Position numbers and translations under genes: made by a program. A stretch of DNA of 64,000 bases from Parcubacteria group bacterium GW2011_GWC1_36_108 (GTDB lineage Bacteria > Patescibacteriota > Minisyncoccia > Moranbacterales > GWC2-37-73): positions 103,340 to 167,339 of the forward strand of contig LBRD01000006.1 in assembly GCA_000991245.1 (NCBI GenBank), given 5' to 3'. Shown here piece after piece: positions 9,373-19,081 of this stretch (position 1 is the first letter of the stretch; each line of letters begins with the position of its first letter). The notes under the pieces are model-generated. The model was given only the letters and a program-made list of their open reading frames with translations. It was not told where the DNA came from and searched no databases.

Positions 9373-9409
9373 TTTATTATACCACAAAAAAACAAAAAAG
9401 TTATGCACA
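9373..9409 (-). promoter_or_regulatory. Promoter-like direct repeat (copy 1 of 2) with DnaA-box-like TTATGCACA
   Basis: TTTATTATACCACAAAAAAACAAAAAAGTTATGCACA; minus strand gives TGTGGTATAAT extended -10; near-identical copy at 10977-11016. Confidence 0.6.
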
Positions 9410-9449
9410 CCCACCCGCATCGCTGCACGGCACAAGTAAAATAAAAACT

Positions 9450-10247
9450 TTATTTTTCAAAACTTTCCAAATATTCTGGTAAATTCAAAATCCATTTCGC
9501 CTGCTCGGGATAAAACAAGAATCTCTCCACATCCTTTACTGCTTGAGGCAAATCACTTTTAATAGCTTGCTGTTTTAAAAATTCAATCAATTCCTTCCTA
9601 TCATTAATTGCAATCCCCTTTTCCTTAAAAATTGCATAATTTGGCTCGATATTTTTTTGACTCAAAAACCATACCAAATCATAAAAATCGCGTCCTTTTT
9701 GATAAGGACGAAAGATAATCGCTAAAATCTTTTGTGCAAAAAGCGTTTCCAGGGTATTAACCATCATTGGAAATCGCTCATTAAAACTATCAGTAAATTT
9801 TGTCTGAGTTTCAATATTTTTATATGGATTATAATCAATTTCAAATTTTACTAAAATCTTTTCATCCTTTTGACCACTCAAGCCAAATTCTCTCAAAACA
9901 TTTTTAAATCTAAAGAACACAATGTGAATATTTTGTGTAGTTTTTGTCCGAATATCAACCTGAAAACCTTGCAACTCCAACTTTTTGCTGATTTCCTCAG
10001 CCAACTTTTCCAAATCAAATTCCTCTTTTTTAATCAAATCGAAATCCAAATCTTCCGAAAAACGATTAATGTTATATGCAAAACGCAAACATGTACCACC
10101 AAGAAAAGAAAGGCTATCATTATACGCGCTAAGCGAAAGAGCTTTCAAGATTTGTGTTTGTAAATATTCCAATAAAATATTTCGCTGTTGCCAGGGAATA
10201 TTTTTTTCCTCAGCATATTTTTTGAAAAATTCTTTATTTGGCAACAT
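9450..10247 (-). CDS. AbiEii-family nucleotidyltransferase toxin (type IV TA)
   Basis: FLGGTCLR....RFSEDLDF...K...R..KGRDFYD. Confidence 0.9.
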   Translation of the reverse strand: MLPNKEFFKKYAEEKNIPWQQRNILLEYLQTQILKALSLSAYNDSLSFLGGTCLRFAYNINRFSEDLDFDLIKKEEFDLEKLAEEISKKLELQGFQVDIRTKTTQNIHIVFFRFKNVLREFGLSGQKDEKILVKFEIDYNPYKNIETQTKFTDSFNERFPMMVNTLETLFAQKILAIIFRPYQKGRDFYDLVWFLSQKNIEPNYAIFKEKGIAINDRKELIEFLKQQAIKSDLPQAVKDVERFLFYPEQAKWILNLPEYLESFEK

Positions 10248-10857
10248 AATATTTAATAAAGTTGTTAGTTAAAAATAATACTTTTTTATTCTCAAATGCT
10301 TTTGCAAATTTCAAAAGTTTTTTGCCATCAAATTTAAAATCTTCATTAAAACGATAACCCTGAAATTGCTGCTGACCGCCATTTAGGATATTACGATTAA
10401 GGTATAAAAAATCAACTACGGCTTTTTCAGGTAATGCTAAATTGAATGAAACGCCATTAGTCTTTTTTGTTTCAAATCCTCCAAATGCCTCCTTTTTAAT
10501 TTTTTGATAACTAAAATTGCCCACCGGTGTTGCAAACTTTTTTGTTTTTCTTGTTGTCACGGAGGTCACAGTAAAGACAGCCTCTGGAATAATTCCGTAA
10601 AAATTCAAAGCCATTTCCATACTAATATAAGAAGGTGCATAAATTTTTGTCGCAAATTCCATCATATCAAGCTTATTTTTCATTTCAGCCACAATATAAA
10701 GACCTCTTCTAAGCATAATTAAATGGCCCTTATTGATCCAGTTTTTAAGATTAACAAGGGTAGTGCTTGTGAAATTACTGCCCAAAATAAGCCTTAATTC
10801 TTTCGTTTCAAAACACGGCAGCTCTTCAATTTTTTTCCTGAATTCAAAATAATTCAT
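10234..10857 (-). CDS. AbiEi-family antitoxin
   Basis: LRRGLY, PSYISMEMALNFYGIIPE, PEKAVVDFLY; overlaps toxin start. Confidence 0.88.
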   Translation of the reverse strand: MNYFEFRKKIEELPCFETKELRLILGSNFTSTTLVNLKNWINKGHLIMLRRGLYIVAEMKNKLDMMEFATKIYAPSYISMEMALNFYGIIPEAVFTVTSVTTRKTKKFATPVGNFSYQKIKKEAFGGFETKKTNGVSFNLALPEKAVVDFLYLNRNILNGGQQQFQGYRFNEDFKFDGKKLLKFAKAFENKKVLFLTNNFIKYYVAK

Positions 10858-10976
10858 TTCTTTTTTTAATAATATTATATCAATAAAAGAATTGTACCAA
10901 ATTAGACTTACTTTGTCAATACAATATTTTTATAGCTTAATACAGCCATTTACCAAGGTTATTTTTTAAAAGTATC

Positions 10977-11016
10977 TTTATTATACCACAAAAAAAAACA
11001 AAAAAAGTTATGCACA
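10977..11016 (-). promoter_or_regulatory. Promoter-like direct repeat (copy 2 of 2)
   Basis: Near-identical to 9373-9409. Confidence 0.6.
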
Positions 11017-11134
11017 GTTCTCATGCAACATATGGCATATAACATATAACATAAATACCAGCATGCAGATACAAAAAATCCATGAGGCACTTGCCGAAAT
11101 TCAAGGCTAGTTCAATAGACGCTGAACAAGAGAG

Positions 11135-11351
11135 CTAGTTTATTCTTAGAAAAGTATCGATATGTATAATATATTCCCCGAATTGTGAAATGCCTCCTTT
11201 GATATCGCTAATTAACTTTTCAACATCAATGTCTTCGTAATTATGAACAATTTTATTTCGAAGACCGGCAACTGGAGAAAATCGGATTCAATTCGTCAAT
11301 ATATACTCCTATTTTGTTTATTTTTCTTTGAATCAGTTCTTTATTGAGCAT
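11135..11351 (-). pseudogene. HEPN (DUF86/HepT-like) RNase toxin with internal deletion and frameshift
   Basis: MLNKELIQRKINKIGVYIDELNPI, then in another frame SPVAGLRNKIVHNYEDID...LRIN*; RxxxxH retained; about half the length of the paralog at 16557. Confidence 0.8.
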
Positions 11352-11754
11352 ATGTTTTTTGTAATTGCTTAATTCTTTTTATATACATTTGCGACTGGAG
11401 TTCAAAAAAGGGTTTAGCTTCAAAATATGTTCGAGTGGCATAAGAATAAAAACTCGCATAAACACCTTTTTCCTCAAAAAGCACTTTGTTATTCCTTATT
11501 ATTTCTCGCAAAAGAAATGGTCCAGCTTTCACAAGATCAACATCTTCAATGTTCGGATTTTTAACAAGTTTAGCAAGATTGTGAGCTAAAGTACTCCTAT
11601 CTAGATAGCTAAGCTCTTTTTTACTAATAAATCCGAAGTCGTAGTCACTTAACTTATGCGTTTTTCCGCTTGCTTGCGAACCAAAAACTAACAAGAGTTT
11701 CAACCCATATTTTTTGACAATCTCTTCGATTTTCTTCTTATCCATTGTTTTCAT
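11341..11754 (-). CDS. Minimal nucleotidyltransferase (MNT/MntA-like antitoxin)
   Basis: FGSQASG....SDYD...DVD motif; coupled to the HEPN remnant. Confidence 0.88.
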   Translation of the reverse strand: MKTMDKKKIEEIVKKYGLKLLLVFGSQASGKTHKLSDYDFGFISKKELSYLDRSTLAHNLAKLVKNPNIEDVDLVKAGPFLLREIIRNNKVLFEEKGVYASFYSYATRTYFEAKPFFELQSQMYIKRIKQLQKTYAQ

Positions 11755-11825
11755 GCTTTTATATTACCACAAATATGAGAAAAAACAATATTTACTGTCA
11801 ATTTCAGGAAAAAATTTTATTTCTA

Positions 11826-12223
11826 TCAGTTTTTCTTCAATTTTCGAGAAGTCAAAATTATTTGAACAAGACTAATGATGACAAAGAGTGAACCCATCCA
11901 GATTGAAACAGATTCCTTGGTTGGACAAAAATTCATCCATCCTCCAGTTGAAACAGGAGCTAGCATTATGAAAATTATTGCAAACGCAAATCACAATAAT
12001 GCAAACTTCAGCCATTTAACAAAAACAATATCATAAACAAAAAAAGAAAGGGAGAAACAATAAGGACAGAAAGAAACACATGGAAGAATGTTCTTGCAAT
12101 TAAAATACTATCCCCACCAATACACTTTCCGAATTTAAAATCACATAAACTAACAAATAAACCACCCAATACAGCCAAGGAAAAAACTGTCAGCATCGCC
12201 CTCCACCAATAAGTTTTTTGCAT
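11826..12223 (-). pseudogene. Disrupted 4-TM membrane protein, paralog of 12318-12737
   Basis: Frameshift in T run near 12040 and in-frame TGA; restored frame FVKWLKFALL*FAFAIIFIMLAP...PTKES...IISL...SRKLKKN parallels FDAWLKFAIIFAPSSIIFIAISS...PSIRE...SRKAKK. Confidence 0.75.
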
Positions 12224-12317
12224 ATTTTTTATTCCCAGTTAAATCTTGCTATGCAAGAATTTTATAAAAAAAATTATGCCATTCCTAGTGAAATGAATAC
12301 GACATTCTTAACACTTC

Positions 12318-12737
12318 TTACCATTTCTTTGCTTTTCGAGATTCCCAGAAAATTATACCAAAACTTGAAATTAAAAAGATTACAGGCAATAAAAAGATCG
12401 CTAACTCCCTGATGCTAGGAAAGAACATGTCGCCTTGGGGTGACGATATTGCAATAAATATAATCGAGCTTGGTGCAAAAATAATTGCAAATTTTAACCA
12501 AGCATCAAAAATTTGTTCACGTAAAAATAGCATAATGAAAGATATAATAAAAATCGGAACAGCAAAAAATATCAATAATGTAGACAGAATGTCATGACTA
12601 TATATATATTCATCGATACAACTTGCGTCAGTTCTTTTGCAAAGTCCAAAAATCTCTGGCAATGCCAGCGCAAAACCCATCACAATTAAAATAACGGATG
12701 CAAACAAAATCCAATAAATTTTTTTCTTGTAATTCAT
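12318..12737 (-). CDS. 4-TM membrane protein, candidate immunity protein
   Basis: Four hydrophobic segments, Cys pair in first loop; 30 bp downstream of the lipase gene. Confidence 0.7.
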   Translation of the reverse strand: MNYKKKIYWILFASVILIVMGFALALPEIFGLCKRTDASCIDEYIYSHDILSTLLIFFAVPIFIISFIMLFLREQIFDAWLKFAIIFAPSSIIFIAISSPQGDMFFPSIRELAIFLLPVIFLISSFGIIFWESRKAKKW

Positions 12738-12767
12738 ATTTTTATTTTAACACAAATTAATTAATAA

Positions 12768-15700
12768 TTACACTGCACGTATTTTATCTATAATCCCCAT
12801 TAATTTTTCCGCCTCATCTTTCGGAATGCGAAATTTTTCAGGTGTATTAATGTCGCTGAGAATTTCGATTTGATGCTTTACATTTTCCAGCATTGCATCA
12901 GCGGCTACACTGTGACCTTTTTCCGATTGTTTTTTAGCGTTGTCTATTTTATTAATCAATCGATCTTTAACTGTCTTGTCGACATCAAGAGAGCTGATAA
13001 TTTTTTCAAAAATTCCCAACAAATCCTCTTTTTTAATCACTTCTCCTGATCGAAAAATCGCATCAGTTTCCCCATCATTGTCCACATCTATTTTCATTTC
13101 ACCAACACTTTCAGAAATTAAAACTTCCGCTTTCATTCCTTGCATAACAGGAATATTAGAAAAGGTGGTCGTTTTAACATCCTGATTACCAATAATTTCA
13201 TCAATTTCAAAAGTAAATGTTCCCAAATCTTCTCCTTTAAGGACAACGGTTTGAGCAAGATTTCCTTCCGATCCGGCATATTTTGTTTCGCCAAATTCCA
13301 TATAATACGAATTGGGAATCTGTTTTTCAAAAAATTTCAAATCAGAAATTGGATTTTTGTTTTCAATAAGTCCAGTATGCCTTCCATCTTTATCATAAAT
13401 ATGCAATGCTACGGGAGAATGCAGACGATATCGGAGACTTTTATCTTCATTTTTTACTTCCGGTTTTTCAGTCGAGATATAGTTTACTAACTCTTTTTTA
13501 TCCTGGATAATATTTTTAATGAAATCTTGCAATGGTTTGATTTCTAAGATATCCGCATGTTCCCTATTTATTTTTAAATTTGAAAGACGATTATAGCGAT
13601 TAAGATTAACATAATATTTTTCCGCATTACCATCCATTTCCACTGCGCTTGGAACGACCACTGTTTCGTCTCCATCTTGTGTGAAAAGCAATGAGCGATC
13701 GAGATTACTCAATTCATCAGGACAAAAAATAAAGTCGCAATCATCATATTTTATGCCACTAATCGTGTCCAATCCCCAACCTGCGATCTGCATAACCTCC
13801 ATACCTGTAGGAGCTTGCCACGAATCCAACGATTCATGGGTTTTCTCCGCTTGAGAGAAAAAATTATCTTTAAGTACATTTGGCGAATCTGTATCATCAA
13901 CGTCAGGCTCGGTGCGATTGCCATCGTCTCCAAGTAGAAATTTTTTAAACTCATCAAAATTATCGATATCATTTCCGAAGATTGATGGGAAGTCATAAAT
14001 ACTTTTCACATCTGTATCAAATTCAATAACAGGACTCTGAACAACATCAAAATATTTTTTTGACGGAAGAAGATTGTACGCACTAATCATATTCTCTCCA
14101 AACCCACGAGCAGTCTTCTTGTCGAGAATCAGTCCATAAAGAAAATTAGACCCATCTCCGTGGAGAAGCCCTGCTGCAGCCTTGGGTGTGCCTAACTGCG
14201 GCGTGGCAACCATAATAATACGATCCACGAGCTTTTCCTCTCCGCTTTTTTTCAAACTATCAACAATAACTTTTGCAAGCAAGCCGCCATTACTATGTCC
14301 GATAAGTGTCACTTTTCCTGTTTTTGATTCCTTTGCTGAATTTCTAATTTGATCAAGCACGTTCTCCACGCTTCCATCTTCAAGTTTAGTTCCATTATCA
14401 ACCACGTCCTCTAAGGGCTTTCGCCAATCATACGCAAAAGCTTGCCATTTATTAATGACACCATCTGCAACAATATTATCCATTGATGCCATAAAACCTT
14501 TATAAACATTATTTATTCCATATGCTTCATCCAAAATATCACGCGTATAAATGCCTGGGTCATTGCTAGATCCGTCATTTTGATTCATATATAACTGCTC
14601 AACATCTTCATTATGATTAGTTGGCTCCCATAATTGATCCTCATCGCCATCCGAATCTTTCCTGTATAAACGACTCGCCTGATGCCCCGGCAAAAACATC
14701 ACATTAGAATAGCAATTTTCCTGACAGATAGGCTCTGCTTCAAATTCAAATTTATTAACCCGAGGATAATAATCGGATCCCCCGCCAAAAACATATGAGC
14801 TATCGCAAATATTATCATTATTCAAATCTCTACAGTTAGCTTCATTTTTTTTCCAAAAATTTCCACCTATTGGAAGATCAAGATTAAAAGAATTATTTAT
14901 TGAAGAATTAATTTGAAACACTGCCGCACCCGTTCCCATAATATTATTCCCATAAAATTGATTGCTATCGCTATAGCTCAAATATGCACGTTCAAAAATG
15001 CTATTTTTAATTGTATTATTACTAGATCCTTCAAAAATAATTTTTATGTCTTCGCTAGTTGAAGCTATATTTTCAATAAGAGAATTAGCGGTATTTTTAA
15101 AATATATCAGTGCTTTGTTTTCAGATAAAGATAGATTCTTAAGAGTTACATTTTGACAATTTGTGCAATAAAAAATACCTACGTCATCTAGGTTGTCATA
15201 TATTTCATTTATTACATTTTTTATAAAATAAACCGCCTTATCTTCAACTGTATTGCTTGTATCAATATCATTATCTTCTACTTTATTACCTGATATATAA
15301 AAATTATGTTCCCCATTTCCAGACATAACATTACCAAAAAGCATGCTACTGCTGCTTTCAATCATTTCGATACCATAATATGGATTATTTTTTATCTTAT
15401 TGTTTTTTAGAATATCTCTGTTTCCACCATAAATGTAGATTCCGCCTTCTAAATTTTCAAACACTTCATTATTCTCATAAACATTACTTGTATCATAAGT
15501 ATAACCATAATTTTGAGAACTTTCGCTAATACCATTTTTATTTTCTGGACCTACAATATTATCAGTAAAAATATTTTTCGTGGAATAAAAAAGATACAAA
15601 CCAGCATTGGAATTTTTAGTTATAACATTGTTTGAAATAACATTCGCACCTGAATGATCCAAATAAGCCCCATATCGATTACCCGTTAGTGTGGCAAAAC

Positions 15701-16412
15701 TTATATTATTAAGACCAGAATAATATGAAAGATAAATCCCATAGAAAAATCCCGTTATTGTTACATTTTTAATTGTAATACCTTTTTTACCATTAACAAT
15801 AAAAACGCCAGTGCCGGTATTTTTTCCAGTAATAATATGACCGTTACCATCCAGCGTTACGTTATCACTTTTTATCTGAACAGAATCATTAACATCTTGA
15901 TTCAAAGTGCATGTTTTTAGTGTATCATTCCAAACACCAATACTTGAACAATCTCCTCCATTAACATCGGTAATAAATTTTGTGCTTTTGCGAGGCTGTA
16001 TGAATATTAAATGACGCTGGCTGATATCTTGAATGAAAGAAAATGAACCTTTTTCATCTGATACAAAAGATTGGTAAGTGTCATAGTTATCTTGATATTT
16101 ATAATAAGTCGTGTTTGGCAAAAATCCGGAAATAATCAAACTGGAGGAAATTGCCGCATTCAAATTTTCCGTTTCCAAAACAACCATTTCCGGTGCAGAT
16201 TCCATCCTGACTTTAATATTTTCGCTACTATCCAATGTTATGTTTAAATATTCACTATCAACGATTTCAAAATGCATCCCAGTTCCACTCACAGATCCAG
16301 GAAACAATTTTTCCTCATCCGCCATAACCGAAGATGTGGAAAATAAAAATATTAAAATTAGCACAATCATTATCGTAAAATATCTCGTATTTTTATCAAA
16401 AAATGTTTTCAT
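12768..16412 (-). CDS. Secreted multidomain protein: NosD/PbH1 beta-helix + LCAT-like alpha/beta hydrolase
   Basis: Signal peptide; NN..G.YL beta-helix repeats; FLPG, AYDWR, LIGHSNGG, ATPQLG, DGDETV, HADI lipase motifs. Confidence 0.85.
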   Translation of the reverse strand: MKTFFDKNTRYFTIMIVLILIFLFSTSSVMADEEKLFPGSVSGTGMHFEIVDSEYLNITLDSSENIKVRMESAPEMVVLETENLNAAISSSLIISGFLPNTTYYKYQDNYDTYQSFVSDEKGSFSFIQDISQRHLIFIQPRKSTKFITDVNGGDCSSIGVWNDTLKTCTLNQDVNDSVQIKSDNVTLDGNGHIITGKNTGTGVFIVNGKKGITIKNVTITGFFYGIYLSYYSGLNNISFATLTGNRYGAYLDHSGANVISNNVITKNSNAGLYLFYSTKNIFTDNIVGPENKNGISESSQNYGYTYDTSNVYENNEVFENLEGGIYIYGGNRDILKNNKIKNNPYYGIEMIESSSSMLFGNVMSGNGEHNFYISGNKVEDNDIDTSNTVEDKAVYFIKNVINEIYDNLDDVGIFYCTNCQNVTLKNLSLSENKALIYFKNTANSLIENIASTSEDIKIIFEGSSNNTIKNSIFERAYLSYSDSNQFYGNNIMGTGAAVFQINSSINNSFNLDLPIGGNFWKKNEANCRDLNNDNICDSSYVFGGGSDYYPRVNKFEFEAEPICQENCYSNVMFLPGHQASRLYRKDSDGDEDQLWEPTNHNEDVEQLYMNQNDGSSNDPGIYTRDILDEAYGINNVYKGFMASMDNIVADGVINKWQAFAYDWRKPLEDVVDNGTKLEDGSVENVLDQIRNSAKESKTGKVTLIGHSNGGLLAKVIVDSLKKSGEEKLVDRIIMVATPQLGTPKAAAGLLHGDGSNFLYGLILDKKTARGFGENMISAYNLLPSKKYFDVVQSPVIEFDTDVKSIYDFPSIFGNDIDNFDEFKKFLLGDDGNRTEPDVDDTDSPNVLKDNFFSQAEKTHESLDSWQAPTGMEVMQIAGWGLDTISGIKYDDCDFIFCPDELSNLDRSLLFTQDGDETVVVPSAVEMDGNAEKYYVNLNRYNRLSNLKINREHADILEIKPLQDFIKNIIQDKKELVNYISTEKPEVKNEDKSLRYRLHSPVALHIYDKDGRHTGLIENKNPISDLKFFEKQIPNSYYMEFGETKYAGSEGNLAQTVVLKGEDLGTFTFEIDEIIGNQDVKTTTFSNIPVMQGMKAEVLISESVGEMKIDVDNDGETDAIFRSGEVIKKEDLLGIFEKIISSLDVDKTVKDRLINKIDNAKKQSEKGHSVAADAMLENVKHQIEILSDINTPEKFRIPKDEAEKLMGIIDKIRAV

Positions 16413-16503
16413 TTTTTATATCCTTTAATATTTACACAACTCACATTGATATTATAACATCAGACAAAAAGTTTGTAAAGTTACCAGCAGCACTAACATC
16501 ACA

Positions 16504-16531
16504 AAAATCCCAGCCACGATGGCTGGGGTTT
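16504..16531 (-). terminator. Terminator hairpin (copy 1)
   Basis: AAAATCCCAGCC-ACGAT-GGCTGGGGTTT. Confidence 0.65.
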
Positions 16532-16556
16532 CAAGTTCGTCCTCTTTTGGTTTCTT

Positions 16557-16979
16557 TTACAAATCCAAAGACCTTACTATGCTTTTCAAATATTTTGGAA
16601 CGTCTTTCAAGCAAGATTCTATCGACTGAAAAACCTTTTTAGGGTCAATTTCGTCATACTCGTGCGCCAATCTGTTTCTGAGGCCTGCAGAATTTGCCAT
16701 TGTTTCAGCGAACTTGACTGTCAAATATTTCTTTCGCCCCATTTTTATAAACGAATTATAGAAATCGGTTGGGATTTCATTTTCTTTTTCCGACAAGACA
16801 TGATAATTAATATCAATCATTCTGCCTATTATTCTTTCTAAATATCTTTCCGCTAAAGCTTCGTGTTCTGATTTGCTCAAATACGTCTTCAGCGATAGCT
16901 TGCTCAAAACCTTCAAACTTTTCAGATCTGAAGTTATAAGTGTTATTTTTCTATTAATAAGTTCTTTATCAATTGACAT
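16557..16979 (-). CDS. HEPN (DUF86/HepT-like) RNase toxin
   Basis: GLRNRLAHEYDEID RxxxxH motif; start overlaps MNT 3' end. Confidence 0.9.
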   Translation of the reverse strand: MSIDKELINRKITLITSDLKSLKVLSKLSLKTYLSKSEHEALAERYLERIIGRMIDINYHVLSEKENEIPTDFYNSFIKMGRKKYLTVKFAETMANSAGLRNRLAHEYDEIDPKKVFQSIESCLKDVPKYLKSIVRSLDL

Positions 16980-17373
16980 ATGCATTGATTATTTTCTTAT
17001 TTAAATCGCTTTCCATCTTAAAATATGGAGCATAATCGTTATACGACTTAAAGGCATACAGTTTAAATTTTGCAAAATCCACCTCATTTCCATATAATAA
17101 AATTGAGTTTTTACTTACCTGAAAAAGAAGCAGCGGATTGGCATTGTTCAATATTGATAAGTCGATATTTTTTTTAAGAATCAGGGAAAATTTATTTGTC
17201 AATCGAATTTGTTCGTGAAAGGAAATTTCTTTCATACTTGCAACAGCAACATCCATATCGCTATCATCCCTGTTTTTTCCACTAGCAAAAGAACCAAAAA
17301 CCATAACCAGTTTTAGGCCTGATTTTTTGGCAATTCTTGCAATTTCTAATTTTTGATTATTATCTATTTTCAT
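16969..17373 (-). CDS. Minimal nucleotidyltransferase (MntA-like antitoxin)
   Basis: FGSFASG....SDMDVAV...IDL. Confidence 0.9.
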   Translation of the reverse strand: MKIDNNQKLEIARIAKKSGLKLVMVFGSFASGKNRDDSDMDVAVASMKEISFHEQIRLTNKFSLILKKNIDLSILNNANPLLLFQVSKNSILLYGNEVDFAKFKLYAFKSYNDYAPYFKMESDLNKKIINAYVN

Positions 17374-17440
17374 ATGTATATTATATAGCAGCTAATTGAA
17401 TAATACAACTGCACAGTGCTTATATAACATACAGCATACA

Positions 17441-17471
17441 AAAAATCCCAGCCTTAGCGGCTGGGATTTTT
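17441..17471 (-). terminator. ftsZ terminator hairpin (copy 2)
   Basis: AAAAATCCCAGCC-TTAGC-GGCTGGGATTTTT. Confidence 0.7.
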
Positions 17472-17517
17472 AAAGCATCGATTTTTACCTTATGAACTTT
17501 ATAACCTTATAACTTTA

Positions 17518-17573
17518 TTTACCCAGTGAAATCCCAACTACTGTTGGGGTGCGAAGCAATTTCACGGGGTAAA
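17518..17573. repeat. Short palindromic element (family A) after ftsZ stop
   Basis: TTTACCCAGTGAAAT...ATTTCACGGGGTAAA with inner hairpin and GCGAAGC. Confidence 0.75.
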
Positions 17574-17578
17574 CTTTT

Positions 17579-18799
17579 TTACTTCTCCATTTTTCTTCTA
17601 ATAAAAGCCGGGATTTCAAGTTCGTCATCTTCCTCCTCAGCTTTTGTTTCCGAAACAGGATTGATAGTTCGAGGTTGAATTTTATCTTCAATAATCATTC
17701 TAGGTTCAAGAATTTTTTTGACAGGAAATGTTATTGCATCTTTAAGTTCTTCATTTTCCATCTTTTCTTCTTTTTCAGCAATTGTTTCATGCGAGGCTAC
17801 GCCTGCTCTCACTCGATTAAGAAGTGGGTTTTCAACAACGCGATCAGCATCAAAACCTGTGGCCACCACTGTGACGTGAATTTCGCCTTTTTTGACTTGA
17901 TCATCCACCACCGCTCCGAAGATAACTTTAGCATTGGGGTCGACACTTTCTGTGATAATATTGGCAGCTTCATTAATTTCAAGCATTCCAAGATCACTTG
18001 AACCTGAGATATTGAAAAGCACACCTTTAGCACCATCTATCGAAAGTTCGAGCAATGGGCTGTTGATTGCAGCGCGAGCGGCCTCTGCAGCTCTATTTTC
18101 GCCGCTAGCGATGCCGATACCCATCAGAGCCGATCCAGAGTCCTGCATAATTGCGCGCACGTCAGCGAAGTCCACATTAACGATACCGGGTTTAGTAATG
18201 AGGTCGGAAATTCCTTGTACACCTTGTCTTAGAACATCATCCACGATTCTAAAGGCGTTAATAAGGGTTGTTTTTCTATCAATAATTGAAAGCAATTTGT
18301 CATTAGGAATGGTAATAAGCGTGTCAACTCGATCTCGCAGATTTTGCAAACCTTCTTCTCCAAGATTTCTTCGTTGAGCACCTTCAAATGAAAACGGTTT
18401 GGTCACAACAGCAACTGTCAGTGCGCCCAATTCTTTGGCCGTTTCAGCCACCACTGGAGCAGCGCCAGTTCCCGTTCCTCCACCCATACCAGCACAAACA
18501 AAAACCATATCAGCACCTTTAAGCACATCTTGAATTTCATCACGATTTTCTTCAGCTGCTTGCCTTCCAATTTCAGGATTCATTCCCGCACCAAGACCTT
18601 TGGTAAGATTTTTCCCAATATGCACCTTTTCTGAAGCTTTTGAATGATGCAAGGCTTGCGCATCAGTATTGATTGCCACAAATTCGACCCCTTTGATTTT
18701 GGAATCGATCATTCTGCTGATTGCATTGTTTCCAGAGCCTCCAACACCAACAACCTTAATTCGAGCAAATGTTTCAATATCGGGTTTGATTTCTGCCAT
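17579..18799 (-). CDS. ftsZ: Cell division protein FtsZ
   Basis: GGGTGTG tubulin motif, NVDFAD, C-terminal LEIPAFIR. Confidence 0.99.
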   Translation of the reverse strand: MAEIKPDIETFARIKVVGVGGSGNNAISRMIDSKIKGVEFVAINTDAQALHHSKASEKVHIGKNLTKGLGAGMNPEIGRQAAEENRDEIQDVLKGADMVFVCAGMGGGTGTGAAPVVAETAKELGALTVAVVTKPFSFEGAQRRNLGEEGLQNLRDRVDTLITIPNDKLLSIIDRKTTLINAFRIVDDVLRQGVQGISDLITKPGIVNVDFADVRAIMQDSGSALMGIGIASGENRAAEAARAAINSPLLELSIDGAKGVLFNISGSSDLGMLEINEAANIITESVDPNAKVIFGAVVDDQVKKGEIHVTVVATGFDADRVVENPLLNRVRAGVASHETIAEKEEKMENEELKDAITFPVKKILEPRMIIEDKIQPRTINPVSETKAEEEDDELEIPAFIRRKMEK

Positions 18800-18975
18800 A
18801 TTTTTACAATAGTTAGCAGCATATGCCGCCAAACAATAAATATAAATTAGAATTTTCTGAATTTGCTTCCTTTTTTATTTTTATTTTTATTGTTGTTTTG
18901 TCAGTTCACTAAGCCTGTTTCAATACCAGTTTTTTCTTAGTTCTTTAATTTATCACAGCTTCGATAGCTATGTCA

Positions 18976-19078
18976 ACCCCGTTAGAAATTTTAAATTCTT
19001 ATTTTTAACCTAAAAACTACACTCATATACAAAAACTATAACCTATAAAAACCTATCTGTAAAAATTTCTAACGGGGT
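18976..19078. mobile_element. ~100-bp element with CCCCGTTAGAA TIRs between ftsA and ftsZ
   Basis: ACCCCGTTAGAAATTTT...AAAATTTCTAACGGGGT. Confidence 0.7.
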
Positions 19079-19081
19079 CAA

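Noticed and set aside
11826-12223. TGA recoding (code 25 or 4) suggested by an in-frame TGA
   Set aside because: The same gene also has a frameshift, and TGA terminates nrdR, parA, yqeY and others
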